From Candidatus Saccharimonadales bacterium (GTDB taxonomy: Bacteria; Patescibacteriota; Saccharimonadia; Saccharimonadales; UBA10212), in assembly GCA_025450575.1 (NCBI GenBank), contig JANWHE010000016.1, forward strand, positions 93,874 to 157,873: a stretch of 64,000 nt of DNA. The letters are read 5' to 3'. The notes beneath the pieces were generated by a model. It saw only the letters and a list, made by a program, of their open reading frames with translations, searched no databases and was not told the DNA's origin. The position numbers and the translations under genes are program-made. The number at the start of each line of letters is the position of its first letter. Position 1 is the first letter of the stretch. Below are positions 26,440 to 36,819 of this stretch, piece by piece.

Positions 26440-27219
26440 TTATTTTTCCTCCTTGGTTTCGGCTGCGGCCTCGGCTTTCGGTTCTTCGGCCGGTTTGTCG
26501 GCCTTGTCGGCGGCTTTGGGCTTATCGGCTTGTTTTTTGCCGGCCTCAATAGCGGCTTGAACGTAATCCAGGATAAGATTAATGGCTTTGGTGGCATCGT
26601 CGTTGGCCGGAATCGGGTAATCGGCGACGGTCGGGTCGGCGTTGGTATCAATCAGCGCTACGACCGGTACGCCCAGTTTGCGGGCTTCTTTGATGGCGAT
26701 AGAGTCCTGCAAGGCGTCAACTACGAACACGGCGCCGGGCTTGGCGGCCAGTTCCTTGATGCCGCCGTATAAGTGGTTCATCTCGTCGATTTCTTCCTGG
26801 AAGCGCTGGACTTCCAGCTTGGAGTAGCGGTTAGCCAGCTCGCCGCTGATCATCCGGCTTTCCAAATCCTTAAGGTGTTTGATGCGGCCGCCGATAGTGG
26901 CGCCGTTGGTCAGCATGCCGCCCAGCCAGCGCTCGGTGACATAGGGCATGTTGGTAGCCAAAGCTACTTCTTTGACCTTGTCTTTGGCTTGGCGTTTGGT
27001 GCTGACCAGCAGGATCTGCTTGCCCTGGCCGGTGGTTTTGGTAATGAATTCCAAAGCCCGGTCCAGCGCCTCGACGGTCTTGGTCAGATCGATGATGTGA
27101 TTGCCCTCGCGTTTGCTATGAATATAGGGCGCCATTTTGGGGTGCCAGCGGCTGGTCTGGTGGCCAAAGTGGGCGCCGGCCTCTAATAACTGTTTGATAT
27201 CTACCTGAGCGGTAGCCAT
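26440..27219 (-). CDS. rpsB: 30S ribosomal protein S2
   Basis: The ORF track starts at 27267. I prefer the ATG at 27219 (MATAQVDIKQLLEAGAHFGHQTSRWHPKM), which has an AAAGGA RBS. It has a Lys/Ala/Glu-rich C-terminal tail. Confidence 0.93.
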   Translation of the reverse strand: MATAQVDIKQLLEAGAHFGHQTSRWHPKMAPYIHSKREGNHIIDLTKTVEALDRALEFITKTTGQGKQILLVSTKRQAKDKVKEVALATNMPYVTERWLGGMLTNGATIGGRIKHLKDLESRMISGELANRYSKLEVQRFQEEIDEMNHLYGGIKELAAKPGAVFVVDALQDSIAIKEARKLGVPVVALIDTNADPTVADYPIPANDDATKAINLILDYVQAAIEAGKKQADKPKAADKADKPAEEPKAEAAAETKEEK

Positions 27220-27318
27220 GATGAATCCTTTCTCTTCGGAAAGCGCTTGCCCTGACGGACCCTGCACGAGTCTCGCCGGGAGGATTGATATGCTCCCCTG
27301 CTTAATGTTTACCGGGTT

Positions 27319-27347
27319 ATTCTACCTCTGTTAGGCTTTTTTTGCAA
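27319..27347 (-). promoter_or_regulatory. candidate sigma-70-type promoter of rpsB-tsf
   Basis: On the minus strand: TTGCAA, 17-nt spacer, TAGAAT. This lies about 95 nt upstream of the rpsB ATG. Confidence 0.35.
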
Positions 27348-27373
27348 GCCTTGCGGGGTTCTTTGAACCGAAT

Positions 27374-27958
27374 TTAGTCGGCGTGCTGATAGAAGGTCTC
27401 GTTGACCCGCTCGGCATATTGTGGATTAAGCCGCGGGTCTCTGGCGGCGATCAATAGTTCATCATATGTTCTTTGTACGCGGTCCATGTCTTCTAGAAGC
27501 CGTTCGGCTTCGTCATCTGTAAAGTCGCCGGCGCCCAGACGGGTTTCGGCTTCCCGGTCCAAAGGTTGGGCCGCTTCCACTCTGCCATAGCCACCACTTC
27601 CATAATTAGCTCCATAAAAGACGCTGAAGGCTACGGCTTCTTCGGGATATCGGGTGGCGTACGGAGTGTACTGTTGACCCGAGGCTTCGCCGCCTTTGGC
27701 TGCCGGGAACCCATATACCAGAGCATATTCCTCCTTCCATCCCTCTTTTGAGGTCACGATTCTGACCGATGGCGGGGCGTAGGGTAGCGGTACATCCGGA
27801 CCGGCTATAAGCGTCTGCAGGTACCGAGACAAGCTGGGGCCAACATTATATTGCATGGCTAGTTCCGCCCCCAAACCACGTATGTCGTCTATCTTCGCGC
27901 CCTCTTCTTCCGCCCAGTCGTTATCAAGCGCGAATTCTCCTAATCTTACGTGGCGCAT
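27374..27958 (-). CDS. hypothetical protein
   Basis: 194-aa acidic ORF with no signal peptide. No family recognised. Confidence 0.5.
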   Translation of the reverse strand: MRHVRLGEFALDNDWAEEEGAKIDDIRGLGAELAMQYNVGPSLSRYLQTLIAGPDVPLPYAPPSVRIVTSKEGWKEEYALVYGFPAAKGGEASGQQYTPYATRYPEEAVAFSVFYGANYGSGGYGRVEAAQPLDREAETRLGAGDFTDDEAERLLEDMDRVQRTYDELLIAARDPRLNPQYAERVNETFYQHAD

Positions 27959-28052
27959 AGCATCTCCTCTTTGGAGATTAAGATAGCATCAGCTAAATCG
28001 GCGCGCAAGAGGGATTGACCAACAGGGGTAAATCGATTACAATATCCAAGTT

Positions 28053-28454
28053 ATGAAAAAAGGTGTTCACCCTGATAATTATCGGCCTGTGGTTTTTCAG
28101 GACAGTAACGATAATTCGACCATCATCACCCGCTCGACGGTAACTACCGACGAGGTTATTACTATTGACGGCGTGGAATACCCGCTGGTCAAGATCCATA
28201 TCAGCAGCTCTTCGCACCCGTTCTTTACCGGCGAGGAGCGCATCGTCGACGTCGAAGGCCGGGTTGATAAGTTCAAGGCCCGCCAGGAGGTTGCCAAGAA
28301 AGCCCGCGAGGCCCGGGCGGCCGCCAAGCCCAAAGCTGCCAAGAAGATGCGCGTCGACGAGACCCAGAAACTGGGCGTCAGCGCCGCTCCCAAGGCCAAA
28401 GTCGCCGAAGGCAAGAATTTTTCCGAAGGCAAGCCAGTCGCCAGCGTCGAGTAA
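28053..28454 (+). CDS. rpmE: 50S ribosomal protein L31, type B, with Lys/Ala-rich C-terminal extension
   Basis: The N-terminal 80 aa (MKKGVHPDNY...SSSSHPFFTG...RVDKF) are L31 without the CxxC zinc motif, i.e. type B. About 50 extra basic residues follow. Confidence 0.9.
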   Translation: MKKGVHPDNYRPVVFQDSNDNSTIITRSTVTTDEVITIDGVEYPLVKIHISSSSHPFFTGEERIVDVEGRVDKFKARQEVAKKAREARAAAKPKAAKKMRVDETQKLGVSAAPKAKVAEGKNFSEGKPVASVE

Positions 28455-28521
28455 CTGAATAATACCGAGCTTCCCTGACCGCTTAGGCTAAAGGGGAGTT
28501 TTTATATAAACTAGGACTAGC

Positions 28522-29577
28522 ATGAACCAGGAGCAATCTTTACGCGAAGAATATGACGGTCTGAAGCAACGGCTGCAGGACCCGGCTGTCTATTCGTCCA
28601 AAGATTATCCCAAATTGGCTCGCCGGATGGCCGAACTGGAAAAAATCCTGAATTTATTCGATGAACGCCAGAACCTCCAAAACGATATGAAACAAACCCG
28701 GGAGATGCTGGGCGGCGGTGACCCGGACCTGGCCATACTAGCCCATGATGAGATAGACGCTCTGGAGGCTAAAATAGCCAACAACGAAGCTTTGCTGAAC
28801 GAAACGCTGCTGCCTAAGGATCCTAACGACGACCGTGACTGCATCGTGGAGATCCGAGCGGCCGCCGGCGGCGACGAGGCCTCGCTTTTCGCCGGCGATT
28901 TATACCGTATGTACAGCCGCTGGTGCGAGACCCATGGCTATAAGACCGAGCTGATCAGCGAAAGCCCTTCCGAGGCCGGCGGTTTCAAAGAAATCATTTT
29001 TATGGTCCGCGGCGAAAACGCCTACAAGATGCTTAAATTCGAGGCCGGCGTCCACCGCGTCCAGCGCATCCCGGTTACCGAAAGCCAGGGCCGCATCCAC
29101 ACCAGCACCGTCACCGTGGCGGTGCTGCCGGAAGCCGAAGAGACCGACGTTGAAATCCGGCCGGAAGACATTCGCATTGATGTCTTTAGAGCCAGCGGCC
29201 ACGGCGGCCAGTCAGTCAACACTACCGACAGCGCCGTGCGCATCACCCATCTGCCCTCCGGTGTCGTAGTGTCCCAGCAGGACGAAAAAAGTCAGATCAA
29301 AAACCGAGATAAGGCCATGGGCGTCTTGCGCTCGCGGCTGCTGGCCGCCAAGATAGAAGAAGAGCAAAAACAGCTGGGCGACGCCCGCCGGTCGCTTATC
29401 GGCAGCGGCGACCGCAGCGAAAAGATCCGGACTTATAATTTTCCGCAGGACCGTATCACCGACCACCGTATAAATTACAGCCGCTCCAACCTGCCCGGCG
29501 CCCTGGACGGCAACATCGACGATCTTATAGAACAGCTGGCCGCCAAGGAGCTGGAGCTGCTGAAATCCGGCGGCTAA
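28522..29577 (+). CDS. prfA: peptide chain release factor 1
   Basis: 351-aa ORF with the GGQ motif (SGHGGQSVN) and the P-x-T anticodon-like motif (RIPVTES). Confidence 0.95.
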   Translation: MNQEQSLREEYDGLKQRLQDPAVYSSKDYPKLARRMAELEKILNLFDERQNLQNDMKQTREMLGGGDPDLAILAHDEIDALEAKIANNEALLNETLLPKDPNDDRDCIVEIRAAAGGDEASLFAGDLYRMYSRWCETHGYKTELISESPSEAGGFKEIIFMVRGENAYKMLKFEAGVHRVQRIPVTESQGRIHTSTVTVAVLPEAEETDVEIRPEDIRIDVFRASGHGGQSVNTTDSAVRITHLPSGVVVSQQDEKSQIKNRDKAMGVLRSRLLAAKIEEEQKQLGDARRSLIGSGDRSEKIRTYNFPQDRITDHRINYSRSNLPGALDGNIDDLIEQLAAKELELLKSGG

Positions 29578-29578
29578 G

Positions 29579-30394
29579 ATGCGGTTAAAGAGTTTACTGG
29601 CCCATGGCCAGAAAAAGCTGGAGGCCGCCGGGATATCTTCGGCCCGATTGGACGTTCTGATATTGCTTGAGGATATGCTGCACAGAGATCGCAGCTGGAT
29701 TCTGGCCCACCCTGAACATGAGCTAAACAATCTGCAGGTCCGACGATTACTGCGCAAGGCAGAAAGACGCGCCGGCCACGTGCCCCTGGCTTATATCCGC
29801 GGCCATACCGAATTTTACGGCCGGCATTTCAAAGTCAACCGGCATGTTTTAGAGCCGCGGCCGGAAAGCGAGACGATGATCGAGCTGCTGCTTAAGCTTA
29901 AACTGCCGCCCAAACCGTCCATCGCCGATATCGGCACCGGCAACGGCGCCATCGGCATCACGGCGGCCCTGGAAATCACCGGCAGCCGGGTCGATTTATA
30001 CGAGATAAGCTCCGGCGCGCTGGCCGTCGCCAAACATAATGTCCATCTGCACGAACTGCGCCTGCACGCCCGCAAGATGAACCTGCTTAGCCGGCCGCTT
30101 AGGCCTTATGACGCGCTGCTGTGCAACCTGCCTTACGTACCGGACCATTGGCAGATAAACCAAGCGGCGCTGGCCGAACCCAAAATCGCCATTTTTGGCG
30201 GCCCTGACGGTCTGGACTTGTACCGCAAATTATTCAAACAGCTGCAGCGCTTCACCTGGAAACCGCGCTATGTTCTGACCGAAGCCTTGCCGCCTCAACA
30301 CGAACAACTGGCCGCAATTGCCGCCGCCCATGGCTTTGCCCTGCAGTCCTCGCAGGATTTCATCCAAATTTTCACTCCTGTTAAAAATACTTGA
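29579..30394 (+). CDS. prmC: release factor glutamine N5-methyltransferase
   Basis: 271-aa ORF starting immediately after prfA. It has an SAM motif DIGTGNGAIG and an NLPYV (NPPY-type) catalytic motif. Confidence 0.9.
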   Translation: MRLKSLLAHGQKKLEAAGISSARLDVLILLEDMLHRDRSWILAHPEHELNNLQVRRLLRKAERRAGHVPLAYIRGHTEFYGRHFKVNRHVLEPRPESETMIELLLKLKLPPKPSIADIGTGNGAIGITAALEITGSRVDLYEISSGALAVAKHNVHLHELRLHARKMNLLSRPLRPYDALLCNLPYVPDHWQINQAALAEPKIAIFGGPDGLDLYRKLFKQLQRFTWKPRYVLTEALPPQHEQLAAIAAAHGFALQSSQDFIQIFTPVKNT

Positions 30395-30408
30395 CAAGTC
30401 AAGTATTT
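30385..30408. terminator. palindromic bidirectional terminator shared by convergent prmC and htrA
   Basis: AAATACTTGAC-AA-GTCAAGTATTT. The arms overlap both stop codons (TGA at 30392-30394; minus-strand TAA at 30407-30409). Confidence 0.55.
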
Positions 30409-31681
30409 AACTTGTCGGGGCGTTGCCGATGGTGGCGTGCAGAGTAATCGTCTTGCCGCCGCGGACGACAGTCAAAGCCACTTTGTCGCCTACCTTGAAT
30501 TTGGCCAAGGCGGCCGTCAGGCTGGTCTTATCATCGATGGAAATATTATTAAGCTTGGTAATAACGTCGTGGTCTTTGACTCCGGCTTTGTCGGCCGGGC
30601 TGCCAGCCACGACCGCCGGCTCGGTGTCGCTGCTGAACACGTAGGCGCCGCGGCTTACCTTGAGATTGAACTCGCTGGCGATGTCGTTGGTCAGCGATAT
30701 GTAGCGGACGCCCAGGTAGGGCTGCTGCAGCTGGCCGCTACTAAGGACGCTGGATATCAGGGCTTTAAGGTCATTGACCGGCTGGGCAAAGCCTATATTC
30801 TGGGCATTGGCGGCCACGGCGGTATTGACGCCGATGACTTCGCCGTTGATGTTGACTAGCGGGCCGCCGGAATTGCCTTCGTTGATGGCGGCATCGGTCT
30901 GGAACAGATCCGTCAGGCTCTCGCTAGTCTCAAGACCGCTGCTGTCGCCGGCCGTAACGTCCCGTCCGTAACCGGAAATTATGCCGGTGGTAACGGTGTT
31001 TTGGAACTGGCCTAGAGCGTTGCCGATAGCGATGACCCGATCGCCGACCTGGACTTTTGAAGAGTCGCCCAAAGTGACCGGCGTCAGGGTTTTGCCGTTA
31101 AGGTTGGTGATTTTCAAAAACGCGATATCCTGCGGACTGCTATCGCTGGTGCGGCCGATAACTTGGACGTTATCGTACTTGGTCCCATCGGCCAAAGTCA
31201 CGCTGACCGATGTCGTGCCAGCCGGCACGACGTGCCGGTTAGTGACAATGATGCCGTCGGGACTGATTATGAAGCCTGTACCGGCGGCCGCCGTCTGCTG
31301 AGTCTGAGGGAAGCCGAAGAAATCGGTGGCGGTGTCCTGCCCCGTCACATCGACGGACACGACGCTTTGGCCGACATTCTTGGCGATCGATCCGATAAGC
31401 TGGCTTTCATTAGAGATATATTGCTGCTTGGCGGCGGTACTGGTACCGATAGCGGTTTTGCCATGGTTTTCGGCCCAGGCGCCTAAGAAACCGCCACCGA
31501 AACCGAATAATAAGCAGGCTAGCAGGAGCACAGCGATAGTTTTGGATAATCTGAAGGCCGGGCGCCTGGGCCGCAGATTCTGGGTGCGGGCTTTCAAGGC
31601 ATCGAGGTTGATGACCGGCTGCGGCCGGGTCGAGTAACTACCGCCCCGGGCCGGCTTCTTTGTCTTTGTATCATCGTCCAT
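30407..31681 (-). CDS. htrA: HtrA/DegP family serine protease (trypsin-like + PDZ)
   Basis: 424-aa ORF with an N-terminal TM anchor, the catalytic GNSGGPLVN motif and a C-terminal PDZ domain. Confidence 0.9.
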   Translation of the reverse strand: MDDDTKTKKPARGGSYSTRPQPVINLDALKARTQNLRPRRPAFRLSKTIAVLLLACLLFGFGGGFLGAWAENHGKTAIGTSTAAKQQYISNESQLIGSIAKNVGQSVVSVDVTGQDTATDFFGFPQTQQTAAAGTGFIISPDGIIVTNRHVVPAGTTSVSVTLADGTKYDNVQVIGRTSDSSPQDIAFLKITNLNGKTLTPVTLGDSSKVQVGDRVIAIGNALGQFQNTVTTGIISGYGRDVTAGDSSGLETSESLTDLFQTDAAINEGNSGGPLVNINGEVIGVNTAVAANAQNIGFAQPVNDLKALISSVLSSGQLQQPYLGVRYISLTNDIASEFNLKVSRGAYVFSSDTEPAVVAGSPADKAGVKDHDVITKLNNISIDDKTSLTAALAKFKVGDKVALTVVRGGKTITLHATIGNAPTS

Positions 31682-31722
31682 ATTTAATATTCTAGTCGTT
31701 AAACTGAATTAAACCTGAAAAT

Positions 31723-32478
31723 CTATAAAGTCGCGCCGGTCCAGTTGGAGAAAACTATGATTATGAACAGAATCGCCAGCATGATGCCCAGCATCTGCCG
31801 CCTCAGTAGTCCGGACAGCCTTTCGGTGGCGTCCAAGTAATAAAGAGCGGCCAAGCCGTAGCCAATAGTCGTTAGGATCACGATGATCTGGGCGACCGTG
31901 CCGTAAAACAGCAGCCAGTGGGCCAATACAAAAGCCAAGCTGGCCGAAAAATAAGCCCAGATGTGGGCTAACAGCGCGCTATGCGGCTCCTCGAACGAAG
32001 TCAGGTAATGGCGGGCGGATAAATAGGTTACCAGCCAGGTACCGGCCACTAGGCCGACGATGGAACTGTCGCCGAATTTCAGATAAAGCAAGCTTAATCC
32101 CAACAACTGGCCGATCATCGCCTGCGCCGAGACGCTTAGAACGTCATAGCGCGGCTTCAGCCATAGCAGCCAGCCGCCGTAAAGCACCATCCAAAACAGT
32201 TGCCACCAGCCACCGGTAGTGCTGGCCATGAATAGCACCAGCGACACGGCCACCATGATATCCACGCCGTTACCGATAAGATTAGCCATCCAATAACGCG
32301 GCCGGACGGCGAACATCCGCCATTTGCTTAAGACAATCAGCAGGATAGCAATGCTGACGAAGTCTATGCGCACTAAGATGTAGGCCAGTATCGGCAGCAG
32401 TAAGTTCAAGCCCAGATAAAAGATATGGGAAAAGCCGCGGCTGGGCTTGATTCTAGCGGGTAGAGCTCGCATCTTCAC
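31723..32478 (-). CDS. hypothetical polytopic membrane protein
   Basis: 251-aa ORF (GTG at 32478 or ATG at 32472) with 7-8 hydrophobic helices. It overlaps the 3' end of the LCP gene. Confidence 0.55.
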   Translation of the reverse strand: MKMRALPARIKPSRGFSHIFYLGLNLLLPILAYILVRIDFVSIAILLIVLSKWRMFAVRPRYWMANLIGNGVDIMVAVSLVLFMASTTGGWWQLFWMVLYGGWLLWLKPRYDVLSVSAQAMIGQLLGLSLLYLKFGDSSIVGLVAGTWLVTYLSARHYLTSFEEPHSALLAHIWAYFSASLAFVLAHWLLFYGTVAQIIVILTTIGYGLAALYYLDATERLSGLLRRQMLGIMLAILFIIIVFSNWTGATL

Positions 32479-34090
32479 CTAAGATTATAACAAATTTGGT
32501 CCCCGACGGCGGCGTGACCCCGAACTGCGCGGGCACTTTACCGACAGAGGTGACTCCCAACCGGCCTTCCAGGTAATGAGCCGTGTATTTATCGGCGCCC
32601 TTACTTAAGTCCACCAAAGTGCTGGCCGACGGATCGGTGGCGTTGCCGGCGTTCTGGACAGTAGTGACGTTATAACCATACGATTTCAGCAGCTTGGATT
32701 CGGCCGTCGCCACACCGGCCGTGCCGGTGGCGTTATATATCGCGACCGAAGCGTTCTCGCGGGTTATCAGGCCGTCTTTCAGCGCGCCATGCAGGAATGT
32801 ATGGATGTCGGTGTAATCATACAGCCCGGCCCGCGGCTCAACGATGGATAAGCCGCCCATGTTACCGGTAGTCAGCAGGGCGTTGGGCGGCGTGACCATA
32901 TCCAGCGATTGGATTGAGGCGCTAGGAATAGTGGACATTTGCTTATATAAGCATTTGATATCGGTGACCGAAAAGTCGGTGTAAACGTTGGCACCCAGGC
33001 TGTCCAGCAAGCTGGAGATCCTCAGCGGATTGGCGAAAGTACCGGCGCTGAAGGTCTTATCTTTGATGGCGGCGATCAGCAGGCGCTGCCGCTGGCCGCG
33101 GGCGAAGTCGCTGGATGTCTCGCGCGAGCGGGCATACAGTAATGCTTGGGCGCCATTAAAAGTCTGGACGCCTTTTTTAGCAATTACCGGATTGTTATGG
33201 TTCTCCCAAGCGATAGTCGGGTCGTACACAGTTTCGGGCACGTTAACCGTTACCCCGCCTAAGGCATCAACCATCTCTTTGAAGGCCGAGAAGTCCAACA
33301 GCACGTGATAGTTGATATGTACTCCGTCCAATATGGGCTGCAATGTCTTATCCAGTTCGGCGATGCCGGCCTCTTCTTGGCCGGCCTGCGACTTGGAATT
33401 CGATTCGTCGACGGCATCGGCGTAAGCGGCATTGATCTTTTGAGTGCCATTATTAGGGATATGGACCCATAGGTCGCGCGGGATAGACAACAAGACGGCT
33501 TTGTCGTTAATGGGGTCGATGCTGGCCAGTAGGATGGTATCCGTCAGATTAGGGCCGTCATGTCCCGGGCCGCCGATCCCCAGCAGCAATATATTGATGC
33601 GGCTGTCGCCCTCCTTGTTGACCTGTGAGACATCGACATTATCCGTACAGACGGTCACCGATTTGCCGCCACCAGCCAAGACTTTCTTCTGAGTATGATA
33701 AAGCTTGTATCCGAAGTAGGCGCCGCCGGCCAGAATAAGGATCATAAAAGTCATAGCCGTGCGCTTGATCCGCCGCTTCAGTTTGGCATGGCGCTGCCAG
33801 AACCGCAGTTTACGCTGGCGGCTCTGGATGTCATCTAAAACTATCGGTTCTTCTAATAGGTGGGCGGCTTCTTCGGATTCGGAATAATCCAGCGGCCGCG
33901 ACGGCATGGCCTCGCGGGCCGAATAAAAACCGTCGGTCCGTCCAGTAAAGTTGCCAAGGGTCGGCGTCGGAGCCGGCCGCGACGGCTGGTAAGAGGACGT
34001 CTTGGGAAAGCCTATCTGCCTTCCGCTCTGAACAATTCCATCAATCGAAGCCGGTTGGTTACGGCCCCTACGGCCCTTATGTTTTTCCAT
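32453..34090 (-). CDS. LytR-CpsA-Psr (LCP) family cell-envelope transferase with LytR_C-like tail
   Basis: 545-aa ORF with a cytoplasmic basic N-terminus, one TM helix and the LCP core (INILLLGIGG...NLTDTILLASIDP...LLSIPRDLWV). Confidence 0.88.
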   Translation of the reverse strand: MEKHKGRRGRNQPASIDGIVQSGRQIGFPKTSSYQPSRPAPTPTLGNFTGRTDGFYSAREAMPSRPLDYSESEEAAHLLEEPIVLDDIQSRQRKLRFWQRHAKLKRRIKRTAMTFMILILAGGAYFGYKLYHTQKKVLAGGGKSVTVCTDNVDVSQVNKEGDSRINILLLGIGGPGHDGPNLTDTILLASIDPINDKAVLLSIPRDLWVHIPNNGTQKINAAYADAVDESNSKSQAGQEEAGIAELDKTLQPILDGVHINYHVLLDFSAFKEMVDALGGVTVNVPETVYDPTIAWENHNNPVIAKKGVQTFNGAQALLYARSRETSSDFARGQRQRLLIAAIKDKTFSAGTFANPLRISSLLDSLGANVYTDFSVTDIKCLYKQMSTIPSASIQSLDMVTPPNALLTTGNMGGLSIVEPRAGLYDYTDIHTFLHGALKDGLITRENASVAIYNATGTAGVATAESKLLKSYGYNVTTVQNAGNATDPSASTLVDLSKGADKYTAHYLEGRLGVTSVGKVPAQFGVTPPSGTKFVIILGEDASSTR

Positions 34091-34333
34091 TTCGCACGTA
34101 CCAGTATAACAAGAAGCCGGTTACGCTCAAACTCGCCAGCCGGCCGTACCGTCTGAGCTTACGGCGAATCGCAGCGTTGCCGGCTGTGCTACTACTTCGA
34201 AGTATATTTAGATACATCTCAGTGCATTGCTCGCCGCCTTGCGTTTCATCCGTAAATCGGCTTCTTACTGCCGTGAACTTAAAACCTAATGTTTATGAAT
34301 ATCAAGACCGAATATATATAATAGGAGGCTGAC

Positions 34334-35008
34334 ATGGAGATAATCCCACCTAAAAAACAGGTCGGCCATAAGGCTTACCACCGGTCCCATGAGCCCGCGG
34401 CCGGGCCGGCGGCGTCCACCGAGCCGGCCGGACAGCCGACCGAAAGCCGTTTAAGAAACACTCTGTCAACTGTCGGCCTGTTCGCCTCGGCCCTGCTGAT
34501 AGCCGTCCTTTTGAACACCTTCGTCATCCAAAGCTACCAGGTGGACGGCCAGAGCATGGAAAGCACCCTGCACAACGGCGACCGGCTGATCGTTAATAAA
34601 CTTCCGCGCACCCTTTCCCGTCTGGACGGCCACCAGTACGTACCCGAACGGGGCGATATCATAATCTTCAACGAGCAAGGCCTGCCGGGCTTTATCGGCG
34701 AAAAACAGTTAATCAAAAGGGTGGTCGGCCTGCCAGGCGACCATGTGGTGGTGGCCGGGAGCAAAATCACCATCTATAACTCTCAGCATCCGGACGGCTT
34801 CAATCCTGACACATCCGGCGATTACCGGATCAGCCAGCCGACCGGCATTCCCTTTGACGGCGTGCTTAAAAGCGACGAGTTATTCGTCTGCGGCGATAAC
34901 CGCGGCAACTCCGAAGACTCACGGTCGTTCGGGCCGATCAAAACCAGCCAGGTCGTGGCCAAACTAGTGCTGAGAATCCTGCCACTCAATGAAACCCAGA
35001 GTTTCTAG
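34334..35008 (+). CDS. lepB: signal peptidase I
   Basis: 224-aa ORF with an AGGAGG RBS. Catalytic motifs are GQSMESTL, GDRLIVNK and GDNRGNSEDSR. Confidence 0.9.
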   Translation: MEIIPPKKQVGHKAYHRSHEPAAGPAASTEPAGQPTESRLRNTLSTVGLFASALLIAVLLNTFVIQSYQVDGQSMESTLHNGDRLIVNKLPRTLSRLDGHQYVPERGDIIIFNEQGLPGFIGEKQLIKRVVGLPGDHVVVAGSKITIYNSQHPDGFNPDTSGDYRISQPTGIPFDGVLKSDELFVCGDNRGNSEDSRSFGPIKTSQVVAKLVLRILPLNETQSF

Positions 35009-35072
35009 CCAGTCTGTCCGCCAAAATACAATATAGGCTTAAGCGGACTGTATAACTTTTTTGAACGATTAA

Positions 35073-35939
35073 CTAAGAACTTAGATTTAATTTCTGACTG
35101 ATATCGTTTAAGTGTTCGTCGTTATCGAACCGGATTATCAGCTGGCCGCCCTTGGCGGTATGCTTTATCTGCACCTTAGTACCCAGTTTCCGGCCGATAG
35201 ACTTAGTCAGTTCGGTCTCGCTGGCCGTCCGAGTGCGAGCCGATTTGGCGTCGGCTCCGGCTTTGGCGGCGGTAGCGAACTGTTCGGCTTGGCGGACGGT
35301 CCAGCCGTTGTTTTCGATACTACGTAAAAGTTCTCCTTGTTTTTCGGGCCAAGCCTTCAGCGACAGTATGGCGCGGGCGTGTCCTTCACTTATCCGGCCT
35401 TGACGCAGAGCCTCGCGGGCACTGTCCGGTAACTGTAGTAGGCGGGTCAAGTTACTGATAGTACTGGTGGCTTTGCCGAGTTTTTTAGCGATTTCATCAA
35501 GCCCCAGATTAAACTGCTGTTGTAATTTATAAACACTCAGCGCTTGCTCTAACGGAGACAAGTCTACTCTTTGAATGTTCTCTATCAGAGACAGCTCTAT
35601 TTCTTCCAGTTCGCGCATTGAACGGACGATAGCCGGAATTGTGTTCAGCTGGGCGGCTTGAGCTGCCCGCCAGCGGCGCTCGCCGGCAACGATTCGGTAG
35701 CCATCTTTGTGCCTGATGACGATGATCGGCTGCACGACGCCGTGCTGCTTGATACTGGCAGCCAGTTCGGCGAGCGACGACTCCTCGAACACCCGGCGCG
35801 GCTGGTCGGGGTTAGGCACGATGTCCTGTATAAGTAATTTCTGCACCCGCTCGTTATCTTCTTGCAAGATAGATTGGTCCAGGTCGGTGGAAATCAAAGC
35901 CCCTAGCCCTCGCCCTAACGATTGATTCTGTGCGCTCAT
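35073..35939 (-). CDS. parB: chromosome partitioning protein ParB/Spo0J
   Basis: 288-aa ORF with LGRGLGALI, the ParB box IVPNPDQPRR and an HTH. Confidence 0.92.
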   Translation of the reverse strand: MSAQNQSLGRGLGALISTDLDQSILQEDNERVQKLLIQDIVPNPDQPRRVFEESSLAELAASIKQHGVVQPIIVIRHKDGYRIVAGERRWRAAQAAQLNTIPAIVRSMRELEEIELSLIENIQRVDLSPLEQALSVYKLQQQFNLGLDEIAKKLGKATSTISNLTRLLQLPDSAREALRQGRISEGHARAILSLKAWPEKQGELLRSIENNGWTVRQAEQFATAAKAGADAKSARTRTASETELTKSIGRKLGTKVQIKHTAKGGQLIIRFDNDEHLNDISQKLNLSS

Positions 35940-35958
35940 GACTTAATTATACGATATT

Positions 35959-36717
35959 TCAGAGAGTTCTTTTCTCGACTTCACGAGCCAGGGCTTTGTA
36001 AGCCCGGGCGCCCTTGCTCCATTTATCATGTTCAATGATGGTCCGGCCGAAACTGGGCGCCTCGGCCAAGCGCACATTGCGCGGCACCACCGTCTCAAAC
36101 AGTTTGGCGCCGAAGTAATCCTCTAATTCCTTCTTGACTTGAGCCGATAAGGAGTTGCGACTGTCAAATAACGTAATCAAAACCCCCAGGATCTCTAGTC
36201 CTGGGTTGAGGGCCTGGCGGACCTGCTGGATGACACTCAGCAGCTGGCTCAAGCCTTCCAACGCGTAATATTCGGCCTGGACCGGGATTAACACCGAGTT
36301 AGCCGCCGATAAGGCGTTAACAGTCAGCAGCCCCAGGCTGGGAGGACAGTCTATGAAGATATAGTCATAGTTCAGCTCGGCCAGGGCCTGGCGCAGTTTG
36401 AGCTCCCGGTCGGTTTCGCTGACTAGCTCCACCTCGGCGCCGGCTAAATCGGCGTTGGATGGGATGATGTGCAGTTTGGAATTGACTTTCTGGATGGTCT
36501 GGGATGCTCCGGCCCGCGAAAACAGGACGTCGTACAATGTCGAAGCCTGGGCCTGCTTGTCTATACCAAGGCCGCTGGTGGAGTTACCTTGCGGATCGGC
36601 GTCGACCAGCAGCACGGAGTGCCCGGCCTTGGCCAGATAAGCCGCCAGGTTGATGGAGGTGGTGGTTTTGCCAACGCCGCCCTTCTGGTTCAGTACCGCG
36701 ATTATATTTTTAGCCAT
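35959..36717 (-). CDS. parA: ParA/Soj family partitioning ATPase
   Basis: 252-aa ORF with the deviant Walker A NQKGGVGKTTT. Confidence 0.92.
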   Translation of the reverse strand: MAKNIIAVLNQKGGVGKTTTSINLAAYLAKAGHSVLLVDADPQGNSTSGLGIDKQAQASTLYDVLFSRAGASQTIQKVNSKLHIIPSNADLAGAEVELVSETDRELKLRQALAELNYDYIFIDCPPSLGLLTVNALSAANSVLIPVQAEYYALEGLSQLLSVIQQVRQALNPGLEILGVLITLFDSRNSLSAQVKKELEDYFGAKLFETVVPRNVRLAEAPSFGRTIIEHDKWSKGARAYKALAREVEKRTL

Positions 36718-36819
36718 TTTTATGTCTTCCCTGTCTGTTTAAGATTAGCATAAGCAGGGCTAGTGGGCTAGATGTCAATACTTGTTAAGCTTTATGTTTT
36801 AAGGTAAATTAACACCTAT

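Noticed and set aside
35009-36819. Searched around parB and parA for a canonical parS (TGTTNCACGTGAAACA).
   Set aside because: I found no convincing 16-mer by eye. The CACGTG cores seen elsewhere (for example near 15711 and 29781) lack the flanking half-sites. A pattern scan is needed before concluding absence.
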